From NCBI GenBank assembly GCA_905213725.1, contig CAJMJM010000001.1, forward strand, positions 577 to 64,576: a DNA stretch of 64,000 nt, read 5' to 3'. Shown here in pieces: positions 1 through 9,610 of this stretch (positions within the stretch are counted from its first letter, which is position 1; each line of letters opens with the position of its first letter). The translations under genes and the position numbers were made by a program. This DNA is from Collinsella aerofaciens (lineage in GTDB: Bacteria; Actinomycetota; Coriobacteriia; Coriobacteriales; Coriobacteriaceae). The notes beneath the pieces were generated by a model, which worked only from the letters and a program-made list of their open reading frames with translations, was not told the DNA's origin and ran no database searches.

Positions 1-213
1 GAGGGCCTGCTTAAGGTCATGCCCAAGGGCGGTTACTGCGATGCGTGCTTTACCGGCCGCTACCCCGTGGCGATTCCCGAGAGCTTTGGCCGCGACAAGT
101 TCATGGAGGGCTTTAAGCCCCGCAACCTGGACAAGCCGCTGCACTTTGATGACGACGCCGTGGTCGAGAAATACGACGATCGCAGCTGGGAAGAGGAACA
201 CGGCGAGGCCTAA
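1..213 (+). CDS. purF: amidophosphoribosyltransferase, C-terminal fragment (gene starts upstream of window)
   Basis: Frame-1 translation from nt 1 reads EGLLKVMPKGGYCDACFTGRYPVAIPESFGRDKF..., a conserved PurF C-terminal motif; followed by purM-purN in the same orientation. Confidence 0.65.
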   Translation, partial: EGLLKVMPKGGYCDACFTGRYPVAIPESFGRDKFMEGFKPRNLDKPLHFDDDAVVEKYDDRSWEEEHGEA

Positions 214-215
214 AA

Positions 216-260
216 CCTGCCAAAAAGGGACAGGTTTATTTTGGTAGGTTTTACCTGCTG
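216..260. repeat. 41-nt AT-rich near-perfect palindrome AAAACCTGCCAAAAAGGGACAGGTTTATTTTGGTAGGTTTT (copy 1 of 3)
   Basis: Read directly; arms CCAAAA(A/T)A/TATTTTGG around a GGGRCAGG core; related copies at 12812-12852 and 12976-13015. Confidence 0.5.
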
Positions 261-370
261 TTTTGTTGATATGACGGCGCGCGTTGTTATGGCGCGCGCC
301 GAAATGAACGCAACTATGAGCACCGTTTGGCGCCCGGGCGGCGCCACGGTAGTGGGAGAGGAAGGCTCAG

Positions 371-1474
371 ATGAGCGACAGCAAGCATGTGACGTATGAG
401 GATGCCGGCGTCGATACCGCCGAGGGCGGCCGCGCCGTTGACGCTATTAAGCAGATGGTTAAGGACACCAACCGTCCCGAGGTCATCGGCGGCATCGGTG
501 GCTTTGGTGGCCTGTTCTCGGCTGCCGCGCTTAAGGATATGGAAGACCCGATTCTGATTAGCGGTACCGACGGCGTGGGCACCAAGCTCGTGCTCGCCCA
601 GATCATGGACCGTCACGAGACGGTGGGCCAGGACCTGGTTGCTATGTGCGTCAACGACATTCTGGCTTCGGGTGCCGAGCCGCTGTTCTTCCTGGACTAC
701 GTTGCCATCGGCCACATCGAGGCCGAGCACATGGCAAAGATCATCAAGGGTGTGGCCGACGGCTGCAAGCTCGCGGGCTGCGCGCTCGTGGGCGGCGAGA
801 TGGCCGAGCACCCCGGCGTCATGGCTCCTGCCGACTACGACCTTGCCGGATTTACCGTGGGCGTCGTCGACCGTCCCAAGATGCTCGACCCCGCGAATGT
901 CCGTCCCGGCGACGTGATCCTGGGCCTGCCTTCCACCGGCGTGCACTCCAACGGCTACTCGCTCGTGCGTAAGGTCATTGGCGTCGACGGTATTAAGCCG
1001 GGCACGCCCGAGGCCGCCGCTAAGGCCGAGGAGCTGAGCCGTCCGCTCGAGGAACTCGGCGGCGCATCGCTGGCAGACGCCCTGTTGGCCCCCACGCGCA
1101 TCTATGTCAAGCCGATTCTGGAGCTGCTGCGCGGTGGCGCTCCGGTGCACGCCATCGCCCACATCACCGGCGGCGGCATCACCGAGAACCTCAACCGCGC
1201 GCTCGCCGACGACGTCGACGCCGTGGTCACCCGCAACGGCGCCGAGATGGGTTGGGACGTTCCGCCCGTCATCACCTACGTGTCGCGCCAGGCCGAGCTC
1301 GCGCCCAACGAGGCATGCAAGACCTTCAACATGGGCGTTGGCCTGTGCCTGATCGTCGCCCCCGAGGACGAGGCTGCCGTGACCGAGGCCCTGGTCGCGC
1401 TGGGCGAGAAGCCGTTCCGCGTGGGCGAGTGCGTCGAGGGCTCCGGTAAGGTCGTGTACTCCGATGAGCGCTAA
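371..1474 (+). CDS. purM: phosphoribosylformylglycinamidine cyclo-ligase (AIR synthetase)
   Basis: 367-aa ORF; PurM motifs (GGIGGFGGLF, DGVGTKL, AHITGGG); RBS GGAAGG upstream. Confidence 0.9.
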   Translation: MSDSKHVTYEDAGVDTAEGGRAVDAIKQMVKDTNRPEVIGGIGGFGGLFSAAALKDMEDPILISGTDGVGTKLVLAQIMDRHETVGQDLVAMCVNDILASGAEPLFFLDYVAIGHIEAEHMAKIIKGVADGCKLAGCALVGGEMAEHPGVMAPADYDLAGFTVGVVDRPKMLDPANVRPGDVILGLPSTGVHSNGYSLVRKVIGVDGIKPGTPEAAAKAEELSRPLEELGGASLADALLAPTRIYVKPILELLRGGAPVHAIAHITGGGITENLNRALADDVDAVVTRNGAEMGWDVPPVITYVSRQAELAPNEACKTFNMGVGLCLIVAPEDEAAVTEALVALGEKPFRVGECVEGSGKVVYSDER

Positions 1475-2162
1475 CGAGCAGATGGCTGCTGCCGCGAGCC
1501 TGGGCTTTGTGCCCTACACCCGTCCGACCGGCACCGATACGGCCGAGCCGCTCAAGATCGGTGTGCTCATCAGCGGTTCGGGTACCAACCTGCAGGCGCT
1601 GATCGATCTGATCGCCGCCGGCAAGCTCAACGCTTCGATTGAGCTTGTGGTGTCGAGCCGTCCTTCGGCTAAGGGTTTGCAGCGCGCTGCGCGCGCGGGC
1701 ATCCAGACGCTCACGCTGTCCAAGGATGTCTATGCCGACCCCATCGCCGCCGACGAGATCATCGCGCACGAGCTGCTCGAGCGCGGCTGCGAATATGTGG
1801 TCATGGCCGGTTACATGCGCATGGTGCACACGCCGCTGCTGGCGGCGTTTCCCAACCGCGTGGTCAACTTGCATCCGGCACTGCTGCCGAGCTTTACCGG
1901 CGCGCATGCGATCGACGATGCCTTTGCGCGCGGCGTCAAGGTAACCGGTGTGACCGTGCACTTTGCCAACGAGATCTACGACAACGGCCCCATCATCGCC
2001 CAGCGCGCGCTGGCTGTCGAGGAAGGTTGGGATGTCGACACGCTCGAGGAGCACATCCACGCGATTGAGCACGTGCTGTATCCCGAGGTCGTGCAAATGC
2101 TCGCCGACGGCCGCGTCCACGTGCTGGAGAGCGGCAAGGTCGCCGTGGATCCTGTGAAATAA
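1464..2162 (+). CDS. purN: phosphoribosylglycinamide formyltransferase
   Basis: 232-aa ORF overlapping purM stop; GAR-Tfase motifs (VLISGSGTNLQALID, HPALLPSF). Confidence 0.88.
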   Translation: MSANEQMAAAASLGFVPYTRPTGTDTAEPLKIGVLISGSGTNLQALIDLIAAGKLNASIELVVSSRPSAKGLQRAARAGIQTLTLSKDVYADPIAADEIIAHELLERGCEYVVMAGYMRMVHTPLLAAFPNRVVNLHPALLPSFTGAHAIDDAFARGVKVTGVTVHFANEIYDNGPIIAQRALAVEEGWDVDTLEEHIHAIEHVLYPEVVQMLADGRVHVLESGKVAVDPVK

Positions 2163-2174
2163 TTACCCGCTTGT

Positions 2175-2217
2175 AAAGGCGGTTAGGCATATCGTTGTCG
2201 CCTAACCGCCTTTTTTA
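2175..2217 (+). terminator. rho-independent terminator after purN
   Basis: AAAGGCGGTTAGGC-loop-GCCTAACCGCCTTTTTT: 14-bp stem plus T-tract. Confidence 0.55.
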
Positions 2218-2437
2218 TTGCGCTTTATGCTGCTTGATTTAGCTGGAATTGAATAGGCTGCTCTTCTTGCCTGTCAATTACAGTAGTCGACTCTCATGTG
2301 GAATGCCGAGCTTCCGGCATGAGATTATCTGGGAAAACGACCAGAAAACTTGGCATTCGGCTTCAAATTGCGCATAATTCTATTTATCATCTATTTAACA
2401 TTTTGTTATCAAAAATGAGCGCAAGGAGGCTGGCTCA

Positions 2438-3904
2438 ATGGGTGAAGCAGATGGCATGGAGCTGATTTATTCACTCGTCGGTTATCCTGATGAAACCGAG
2501 TGGCTTGAATTTAAAGAAGGCAATAGCGATCCCGTTAGAACGGGGCGTGACATCTCGGCGCTTGCCAATGCTGCCGCTTACTGCGGCCGCGCATATGCCT
2601 ATAAGATCTGGGGCGTGAGCGACGGTACGCATGAGCTTGTGGGCACCCAGTTCAACCCATATCACGCAAAGGGTAAGGGAAACCAAGAGCTTTTGATGTG
2701 GCTCAAGCTTGCGCTCTCAAACAATGCGAATTACGAGTTTGCGGTTATTGATCATGAGACAAAGCACTTTGTGGTGTTGAAAGTGCACGCCGCGAGCGCT
2801 CAGCCGGTCTATTTTGATAAGACAGCCTACATTCGAGAGGGCTCTTCGACGGCAGAACTGGTTCCCGGTAGTGCACGAGAGGCGGAGCTGTGGCGTCGCT
2901 TACAGTCAGGGAACGCGGAGCTCGCTGTAGTTGAGAGAGATCTGACATCTCGAGAGGTCGCCGAAATACTAGATGTTGATGCGTATTTTGAGTTGTGCAG
3001 ATTGAGAAGACCTGTCGATTTGGACGGAGTGATGCTTGCTCTTTGTGAACAAGAGCTGATTCGTCGTCAAGATAACGGCCGATATAGTGTGACGCGCTTG
3101 GGAATGCTTCTGGTGGGAAAAAAGCTCTCTCGCTACCCGGAGCTCAGGAAACGCATGCTGCGAATCGTGCGATATGCGGGAAAAGGCAGTTTTGACATTG
3201 TCGGGGATACTGAAATCGACAAGGGCTACGCTTTGGCGCTTCCACAGGCTGAACAGCTGGTCATGTCGATGATTCCGGCTGTTGAGGCACTGGATGGCGC
3301 ATTTCGACGTATTCAGACGGCTTATCCTCAAAGGGCGATTCGCGAGTTACTATCAAACGCCGTGATTCATCAAGACATTGCTGACAATACGGCGGGGCCT
3401 CTTGTTGCGATTTACGACAATCGCATTGAGTTCTCTAATCCCGGGACAACGCTTATTCCGGCAGAACGAGTGCTCAACGCCCAGCCGAAAACGCGAAATT
3501 CGATGATAGCGTCCCTCATGCGCCAAATGGATCTTTGCGAAGAAGGCGGTACAGGCTGGGATTTAATCGTAGATTCGCTCGAAAAAGCCGGCATGCCTTC
3601 ACCGGTTATCAAGAGTGAGGGCGGGCTGGGAACGCTCGTGACGCTCTATTGCGACTGTCCGTATACTCGAATGAAAAAAAGTGAGCGAAAAAACGCCGTG
3701 TACTGGCATGCCTGTCTTTTGTATGCCCAAGGTGAGTCGATGAGCAATCAGTCGCTGCGAGAGCGTTTTGGACTTTCCGATGAAAAGAAAAACACGGTGG
3801 CGATGTCTCGTCTAATCAAAGAGTGCCTGGAAGAGGCATTGATAAAGGAAGAGGACGAGGACGCGGGTTCCAAATACAAAAGGTATATTCCGTATTGGGC
3901 CTAA
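2438..3904 (+). CDS. AlbA_2 (Schlafen-like putative DNA-binding) + HATPase_c_4 domain ATP-binding protein, on a low-GC islet
   Basis: 488-aa ORF; N-terminal TEWLEFKEG...YIREGSST pattern of the AlbA_2/divergent-AAA family; C-terminal RAIRELLSNAVIHQD...IYDNRIEFSNPG resembles HATPase_c_4; gene and 270-bp upstream region visibly AT-richer than flanks; strong RBS AAGGAGG. Confidence 0.7.
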   Translation: MGEADGMELIYSLVGYPDETEWLEFKEGNSDPVRTGRDISALANAAAYCGRAYAYKIWGVSDGTHELVGTQFNPYHAKGKGNQELLMWLKLALSNNANYEFAVIDHETKHFVVLKVHAASAQPVYFDKTAYIREGSSTAELVPGSAREAELWRRLQSGNAELAVVERDLTSREVAEILDVDAYFELCRLRRPVDLDGVMLALCEQELIRRQDNGRYSVTRLGMLLVGKKLSRYPELRKRMLRIVRYAGKGSFDIVGDTEIDKGYALALPQAEQLVMSMIPAVEALDGAFRRIQTAYPQRAIRELLSNAVIHQDIADNTAGPLVAIYDNRIEFSNPGTTLIPAERVLNAQPKTRNSMIASLMRQMDLCEEGGTGWDLIVDSLEKAGMPSPVIKSEGGLGTLVTLYCDCPYTRMKKSERKNAVYWHACLLYAQGESMSNQSLRERFGLSDEKKNTVAMSRLIKECLEEALIKEEDEDAGSKYKRYIPYWA

Positions 3905-3913
3905 AGACAGGGA

Positions 3914-4402
3914 ATGAAAAGAAGGAGGCGGCTTATGTCTGGTAATAACGAAGCGCTGTTTACGCCTGAGTTGGTGTTTTTTGATTGGGAGTGTGCGACG
4001 CCGGATGAGGTGTTCGCGCGGCTTGAGGGCGAGCTTGCACCACATGGCTACATTGCATCCGGTTGGCTCGATGCCGTCCGCACGCGCGAGGATGCCTATC
4101 CCACGGGTCTCGCTATGCCGGCGGCAAACATTGCCATTCCGCATACCGATCCGGGGTTTGTGGCCAAGCCCTATATCGCGGTGGTGAAGCCCGCCGCGCC
4201 CGTGACATTTAACGCTATGGCTGGCATGGGCGCTCCGGTGCCGGCGCAGATCGTCATCAATCTGGGCATCGCCGAGCCGGGCGGCCAGGTCGAGGCCCTG
4301 CAGGCACTCATGAACATCTTTATGGGCGCCGATGCCGCAGCCGACGTGCTCGGCCAGACCACGCCCCAGGGCATGGTCGACGCCATCCGCCGCCACTTCT
4401 AA
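3914..4402 (+). CDS. PTS EIIA type-2 (Fru/Mtl/Ntr family) domain protein
   Basis: 162-aa ORF; GLAMPAANIAIPHTD matches the EIIA-2 active-site His region; RBS GAAGGAGG. Confidence 0.55.
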   Translation: MKRRRRLMSGNNEALFTPELVFFDWECATPDEVFARLEGELAPHGYIASGWLDAVRTREDAYPTGLAMPAANIAIPHTDPGFVAKPYIAVVKPAAPVTFNAMAGMGAPVPAQIVINLGIAEPGGQVEALQALMNIFMGADAAADVLGQTTPQGMVDAIRRHF

Positions 4403-4404
4403 GG

Positions 4405-4500
4405 TGGGGCTGAGTCGGCACTTGGGGACTGTCCCTAACTGCCGGCTGCCAGAGCTGTCCCCTTTGCACCAAAATGGTGCAGATTAATCTGTCCCCAATG
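4405..4500. repeat. GGGGACAG/CTGTCCCC hairpin repeat cluster (REP-like family)
   Basis: GGGGACTGTCCC, GCTGTCCCC and CTGTCCCCAATG motifs downstream of the EIIA gene; same family as 6362-6475 and 56418-56625. Confidence 0.4.
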
Positions 4501-4572
4501 CACCAAGCGTGCCGCGGGGGCTGCGTTGTGACACAATGGCGTTTGTTCGATTCGTTATGCGAAAGGCCAACT

Positions 4573-5793
4573 ATGGCAAATAAGAAAAAGAACTCCGAGG
4601 CCGCGCCGACGCCCGAGCAGCAGGCCCGCGCTGCCTCCAGCTCTCGCAAGAAGCAGCGCAAGACGTACGTGTCTAAGACCGTCAAGATCGTTCTGGTGGT
4701 CATCGGCGTGCTGGCGATGCTGCTTTCCGTCTCGGCGATGGCGTGCTCCGGCCTTATGTCGCAGGCTGAGGACACCTCGGGCTACAAGCTGACCGGCGGT
4801 GTTGCTGCCACTATCAACGGCACCAACCTTACCGAGGACACCGTGACCAAGCAGATCATGAGCATGCGCACGTCCTACGGCTACACCAAGGATGAGGATT
4901 GGGCGCAGTATCTGGTTGACAACGACCTCACGCCCAAGAAGTACCGCAAGCAACTCATCGACTCCTACACGCAGCAGATTCTGCTTCAACAGGCACAGAA
5001 GGAGAACGGCGTGACGGTGTCGGACGAGAAGGTCGAGAAGGCTTGGAAGGACGCGTGCAAGAGCGCGGGCGGAGCCAAGGCCTTTAAGAAGACCCTCAAG
5101 ACCTACGGCTATACCGAGGACACCTACAAGGACTCGCTCAAGGAGAGTCTGGCGCAACAGAAACTCAAGGATGCCGTCGCGCCCACGAGCAAGCCCAAGG
5201 ACAGCGAGATTGTCGATTACATCAACGAAAATCTGTCCAGCTACAACGACGCCCGCCGCTCGTCGAACATCCTGATCAAGGTTGATTCCGACGCTTCCGA
5301 CGAGGACAAGGCTGCCGCCAAGGCCAAGGCGCAGGAGTGCCTGGACAAGATCAACTCCGGTGAGCTGAGCTTTGAGGACGCCGTTGAGCAGTACTCCGAG
5401 GACACCGGTTCCAAGGAGAAGAAGGGCGATGTGGGCTGGGATAAGCTCACCACCTTTGTCGACAGCTACCAGACGGCGCTCGAGGGACTCAACAAGGGCG
5501 ACGTGAGCGAAGTCGTCGAGTCGACCTATGGCTACCACATCATCAAGTGCACCGACTACTTCCATGTCGATAATCAGGTTGATGACATCAACCAGGTGCC
5601 CAAGGACATCAAAAAGTACGTCTCCAACGTGGTGAAGACGCAAGCGGCCAGCACCGCGTACAGCGAGTGGCTGGAGCAGTACAAGAAGGATGCCGACATC
5701 ACCGTCAACCCCATGCCCAAAGACGTACCCTATAACGTGAGTCTGAAGGGTGTCACCAAGAGTTCGACCGACGATTCGTCGACGACTGAGTAA
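4573..5793 (+). CDS. membrane-anchored peptidyl-prolyl cis-trans isomerase, SurA-N plus parvulin (PpiC) domains (PrsA-like)
   Basis: Likely start MANKKKN at 4573 after RBS GAAAGG; K-rich N-term, one TM helix, parvulin motif near C-term (GELSFEDAVEQYSED...GYHIIK). Confidence 0.7.
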   Translation: MANKKKNSEAAPTPEQQARAASSSRKKQRKTYVSKTVKIVLVVIGVLAMLLSVSAMACSGLMSQAEDTSGYKLTGGVAATINGTNLTEDTVTKQIMSMRTSYGYTKDEDWAQYLVDNDLTPKKYRKQLIDSYTQQILLQQAQKENGVTVSDEKVEKAWKDACKSAGGAKAFKKTLKTYGYTEDTYKDSLKESLAQQKLKDAVAPTSKPKDSEIVDYINENLSSYNDARRSSNILIKVDSDASDEDKAAAKAKAQECLDKINSGELSFEDAVEQYSEDTGSKEKKGDVGWDKLTTFVDSYQTALEGLNKGDVSEVVESTYGYHIIKCTDYFHVDNQVDDINQVPKDIKKYVSNVVKTQAASTAYSEWLEQYKKDADITVNPMPKDVPYNVSLKGVTKSSTDDSSTTE

Positions 5794-5841
5794 TCATGGG
5801 GCGGTGCTCGCGCGAGTGCCGCCCACACTATTGAGGAGGAT

Positions 5842-6291
5842 TTGCAGATGACCAACGAAGAGCTGCAGAAGGAAATGATTGCGGCCATGAAGGCCAAGGA
5901 CAAGGTTCGCCTATCCATCATTCGCCAGGTTAAGGCCGAGGTGAAGAATATCGAGGTCAATGAGCGCCGCGATGTGACCGAGGAAGACGTCAACAGCATG
6001 ATCAAGCGTCTGATCAAGCAGACGAGCGAGACGCTGGAGATGTCCATCAAGGCCGGCACCGACCAGGAGCGTACCGACAACCTGACCGAGCAGGTCAAGA
6101 TTCTGGAGAGCCTGCTGCCCGCGCAGGTTTCGGGCGAGGAGCTCGAGGCCCTGATCGAGCAGGTTATCGCCGAGCTGGGCGCCACGTCCAAGAAGCAGAT
6201 GGGCCAGGTTATGGGCGCACTCGGCAAGGCCACCGGTGGCAACTTCGATAAGCCGGCCGCGGCAAAGATCGTCGGAGCCAAACTCGCGTAG
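5842..6291 (+). CDS. GatB/YqeY domain protein
   Basis: 149-aa ORF with typical YqeY sequence (IIRQVKAEVKN...QMGQVMGALGKATGGNFD). Confidence 0.85.
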   Translation: MQMTNEELQKEMIAAMKAKDKVRLSIIRQVKAEVKNIEVNERRDVTEEDVNSMIKRLIKQTSETLEMSIKAGTDQERTDNLTEQVKILESLLPAQVSGEELEALIEQVIAELGATSKKQMGQVMGALGKATGGNFDKPAAAKIVGAKLA

Positions 6292-6361
6292 GGGCCGAGC
6301 GGTACATAGTTGATGTTTAGGGGGGCGTGGCCGTCATGGTCGCGCCCCTTTTTGCTGGGCT

Positions 6362-6475
6362 GGGCACTCATTGGGGACAGGCTTAAATGAGTGCCCGGGC
6401 TACGCTCATTGGGGACGGGCTTAAATGAGTGCCCAATGAGCAGGTACTCATTTAAGTCTGTCCCCAATGACTAGG
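6362..6475. repeat. three tandem CATTGGGGACAG(G)CTTAAATGAGTGCC hairpin units (third inverted)
   Basis: Read directly; each unit forms a stem GGCACTCAT/ATGAGTGCC with GGGGACAGG in the loop. Confidence 0.55.
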
Positions 6476-6577
6476 TGGAAGGTTGCGGGTTCTTTACGGG
6501 AATGTAGTGTGGGCTGCGGAAACGTGATTCTTTCCGTACAATAGTTCAACTCGTGTAAACGCAGGGAAGGGACATTC

Positions 6578-7309
6578 ATGGCAGACATGATCGAGATCAA
6601 GCATCTCAACAAGTACTTTGGCGACCTGCATGTGCTCAAAGATATCAACCTCACCGTCAAACGCGGCGAGAAGCTCGTAATGATCGGGCCTTCCGGCTCG
6701 GGTAAATCGACGCTCATCCGTTGCGTCGATTATCTGGAGGAGCCCACGTCGGGCGAGGTTGTCATCGACGGTACGCCGCTCACCAAAAAGAATCACCTGG
6801 AGATGGCTCGCAAGTATAGTTCCATGGTGTTTCAGCAGTTCAACCTGTATCCCAACATGACGGTGCTGGGCAACCTGACGCTCGCGCCCATCAAACTGCA
6901 AAAGAAGAGCAAGGAGGAGGCGACCGAGATCGCCATCGCTGCGCTCAAGCGCGTCGGCATGGCACATAAGGCCGGCGAGTATCCGCAGAATCTCTCGGGT
7001 GGTCAGCAGCAGCGCATCGCCATCGCCCGTGCCCTGTGCACCAAGCAGCCTATCATCCTGTTTGACGAGCCGACCTCGGCACTCGACCCCGAGATGGTCC
7101 AGGAAGTCCTGGACGTTATGATTGAGCTCGCGCAGGAGGACATCACCATGATCTGCGTGACGCACGAGATGGGCTTTGCGCGCCAGGTGGCCGACCGCGT
7201 CATCTTTATGGAGGACGGCCGCATCCTGGAGGAGGGCACGCCCGAGCATTTCTTCGATAACCCCGAGAACCCGCGTTGCCGCGAGTTCCTGTCCAAGATT
7301 CTGCACTAG
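6578..7309 (+). CDS. polar amino-acid ABC transporter ATP-binding protein (GlnQ-like)
   Basis: Walker [10 protein letters not shown], signature LSGGQQQR, Walker [12 protein letters not shown]. Confidence 0.9.
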   Translation: MADMIEIKHLNKYFGDLHVLKDINLTVKRGEKLVMIGPSGSGKSTLIRCVDYLEEPTSGEVVIDGTPLTKKNHLEMARKYSSMVFQQFNLYPNMTVLGNLTLAPIKLQKKSKEEATEIAIAALKRVGMAHKAGEYPQNLSGGQQQRIAIARALCTKQPIILFDEPTSALDPEMVQEVLDVMIELAQEDITMICVTHEMGFARQVADRVIFMEDGRILEEGTPEHFFDNPENPRCREFLSKILH

Positions 7310-7317
7310 GCGCGGTG

Positions 7318-8193
7318 ATGGACATGACGGATATGACGAGGGCGGCCGTGTCGCGCCGTCACTTTTTGCAGCTGGCGGGCGCCGGTATGCTTACGCTGAC
7401 GGGGGCCGCGCTTACCGGTTGCGGCAACTCCACCAGCGGCGAGGGCTCCGACAAGGGGTCCAAGCTTGCGGCCATTAAGTCGCGCGGCCATCTGAATGCC
7501 GGCGTTAAGAAGGATGTTCCCGGCTATGGCTATTACGACACCGCCAAGGGCCGCTTTGAGGGCATGGAAGTCGATTTGTGCTATCAGATCGCCGCTGCTG
7601 TCTTTGACGTGAGCTACAAGGAGGCCCGCGCCCAGGAGCTTGTCGAGTTTACCGACGTAACGCCCAAGACGCGCGGCCCGCTGATCGATAACGGCCAGCT
7701 TGACGTGGTCGCGGCGACCTACACCATCACCGACGAGCGCAAGAAGAGCTGGGATTTCTCGACGCCGTACCGCACCGACTACGTGGGACTCATGGTTAAG
7801 AAGCGTTCGGGCTTTACCTCGATTGAGGACCTGGACGGCAAGGTCATTGGCGTGAGCCAGGGTGCCACCACGCAGAGCCTGATCGAGCAGATGATCAAGG
7901 ACAACGGCTTTAGCTGCGAGCCCGAGTTTAGGGCCTTTAGTGGCTACCCCATCATCAAGAGTTCGCTCGATGCCGGCAATATCGACGTCTTTGCCATGGA
8001 CCGCTCCACGCTGGCCGGTTACATGAACGAGACCGTTGAGCTGCTGCAGCCCGAGGTCAAGTTTGGCGAGCAGGGCTACGGCGTGGCGACCAAGAAGAGC
8101 TGCGACCTTTCGGCCGTGGTCGATCAGGTGATTTGCGATCGCCTGGCCGATGGCTGGCTCGACCAAGAGGTCAAGACCTGGGGTCTTGTATAG
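7318..8193 (+). CDS. amino-acid ABC transporter substrate-binding lipoprotein
   Basis: ATG at 7318; twin-arginine-like SRRHFLQ, lipobox LTGCG; SBP family-3 fold. Confidence 0.8.
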   Translation: MDMTDMTRAAVSRRHFLQLAGAGMLTLTGAALTGCGNSTSGEGSDKGSKLAAIKSRGHLNAGVKKDVPGYGYYDTAKGRFEGMEVDLCYQIAAAVFDVSYKEARAQELVEFTDVTPKTRGPLIDNGQLDVVAATYTITDERKKSWDFSTPYRTDYVGLMVKKRSGFTSIEDLDGKVIGVSQGATTQSLIEQMIKDNGFSCEPEFRAFSGYPIIKSSLDAGNIDVFAMDRSTLAGYMNETVELLQPEVKFGEQGYGVATKKSCDLSAVVDQVICDRLADGWLDQEVKTWGLV

Positions 8194-8218
8194 GCGCATC
8201 GTCCAAGGAAGGAATCAA

Positions 8219-8965
8219 ATGCTCGAAGGATTATTTGACGCCGACCGTTGGTCGACGACATTTCAAAATATGGGACCCTTCTGGGAGGGCTTTGGCGTGA
8301 CGCTGCAAGTGGTCGTTGCCGGTCTACTGCTGTCGCTGGTACTGGGCACGCTGCTGGGCGTGTTCTCTACCACTCGCTCGCGCGTGCTGCGCGCCATAAG
8401 CCGCGTGTACGTGGAGTTTTACCAGAACACCCCGTTGCCCGTGCAGGTGCTCTTTATGTACATGGCCGGTCCGCAGTTTTTGCAGGCCATAACCGGTGCC
8501 GATCAGCCGGTGCGCATCGCGCCGTTCGTGCTGGGCTTCTTGGGTGTGGGCCTGTATCACGCGGCCTACATTTCGGAGGTCATCCGCACTGGTATCGAGG
8601 CGGTTCCGCGCGGTCAGATGGAGGCGGCCCAGAGCCAGGGCTTCACCCGTGCGCAGGCGTACTGGTACATCGTGCTGCCCCAGACATTCAAGATCATTCT
8701 GCCGCCGCTGTGTAACCAGGCACTCAACCTGGTCAAGAACACGTCGGTGCTGGCGCTTGTGGCCGGCGGCGACCTTATGTACCGTTCCGACAACTTTGTG
8801 AGTCTGTACGGTTACCTGCAGGGATACATCGTCTGCTGCCTTATGTACTTCATCATCTGCTTTCCGCTCGCCATGCTGGTGCAGTGGCTCGAGCGCCGCT
8901 CCAAGGAGCGTCCGCGCGGCGTGAGCCTGGCCGAGCTGGGGCCCGACAACGTAGAGGAGGCCTAG
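8219..8965 (+). CDS. amino-acid ABC transporter permease
   Basis: ATG at 8219 after RBS AAGGAAGG; His/Glu permease motifs. Confidence 0.85.
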   Translation: MLEGLFDADRWSTTFQNMGPFWEGFGVTLQVVVAGLLLSLVLGTLLGVFSTTRSRVLRAISRVYVEFYQNTPLPVQVLFMYMAGPQFLQAITGADQPVRIAPFVLGFLGVGLYHAAYISEVIRTGIEAVPRGQMEAAQSQGFTRAQAYWYIVLPQTFKIILPPLCNQALNLVKNTSVLALVAGGDLMYRSDNFVSLYGYLQGYIVCCLMYFIICFPLAMLVQWLERRSKERPRGVSLAELGPDNVEEA

Positions 8966-8968
8966 CGC

Positions 8969-9607
8969 ATGGAAATCTTCAACGCGACCAACCTGCTCTA
9001 CATTTGGGGCGGCTTTGTTAAGACAATCGAGATCTCGGCGCTGTCGATCTTTTTCTCGCTCATCTTTGGCACGGTGCTGGCGCTCGTTAAGAGCTATGCG
9101 CCCCGCCCGTTCCGTATTTTGGTGAGCGCCTATATCGAACTGTTCCGTTGCACGCCAAACCTGCTGTGGATCCTGTTTATCTACTTTACGGTGCAGGGTT
9201 TGGACATTGTGATTTCGACCATCGCCTTTACGCTGTTTACCAGCGCTGTTATGGCCGAGATTGTGCGCGGCGGCCTCAACTCGATTCCGCGCGGCCAGTT
9301 TGAGGCAGCGCAGAGCCAGGGCTTCGGCTTCTTTGCCACCATGCGCTACATCATTTTGCCGCAGACGTTTAAGACGATCATTCCGGCGCTGTTTAGCCAG
9401 TGCACGACCGTCATTAAGGACAGCTCGTATCTTTCGGGCATTAACGTGGCCGAGCTCATGTACACGGCAAACGTGGTGATGGCCCACGCGATCGACCTGT
9501 CGCAGGTGCTTATGCTCTACGGCCTGGTGTTTGCGATGTACTTTGTGCTCAACTTTGGTATCTCGCTGCTGGTTCGCGCATATCAGAGGCGAATGGTGGC
9601 AGCGTAG
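8969..9607 (+). CDS. amino-acid ABC transporter permease (second)
   Basis: 212-aa ORF with the same permease EAA-like motif (EAAQSQGF). Confidence 0.85.
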   Translation: MEIFNATNLLYIWGGFVKTIEISALSIFFSLIFGTVLALVKSYAPRPFRILVSAYIELFRCTPNLLWILFIYFTVQGLDIVISTIAFTLFTSAVMAEIVRGGLNSIPRGQFEAAQSQGFGFFATMRYIILPQTFKTIIPALFSQCTTVIKDSSYLSGINVAELMYTANVVMAHAIDLSQVLMLYGLVFAMYFVLNFGISLLVRAYQRRMVAA

Positions 9608-9610
9608 AAT

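Noticed and set aside
314-1162. 282-aa minus-strand ORF antisense to purM; similar long antisense or overlapping ORFs at 1326-2120, 4555-5643, 8324-10015, 10817-11809, 13741-14721, 15027-16271, 20797-22491, 22007-23122, 26571-28061, 27709-29469, 31132-33243, 37591-38538, 38379-39686, 42788-45358, 45416-47176, 49982-51715, 53593-54942, 55651-56577, 56672-57919, 60924-62546
   Set aside because: They lie fully inside well-supported genes on the other strand or frame. Translations are low-complexity (R/A/G/H-rich) as expected from open alternative frames in about 65% GC DNA. No RBS or family signal.
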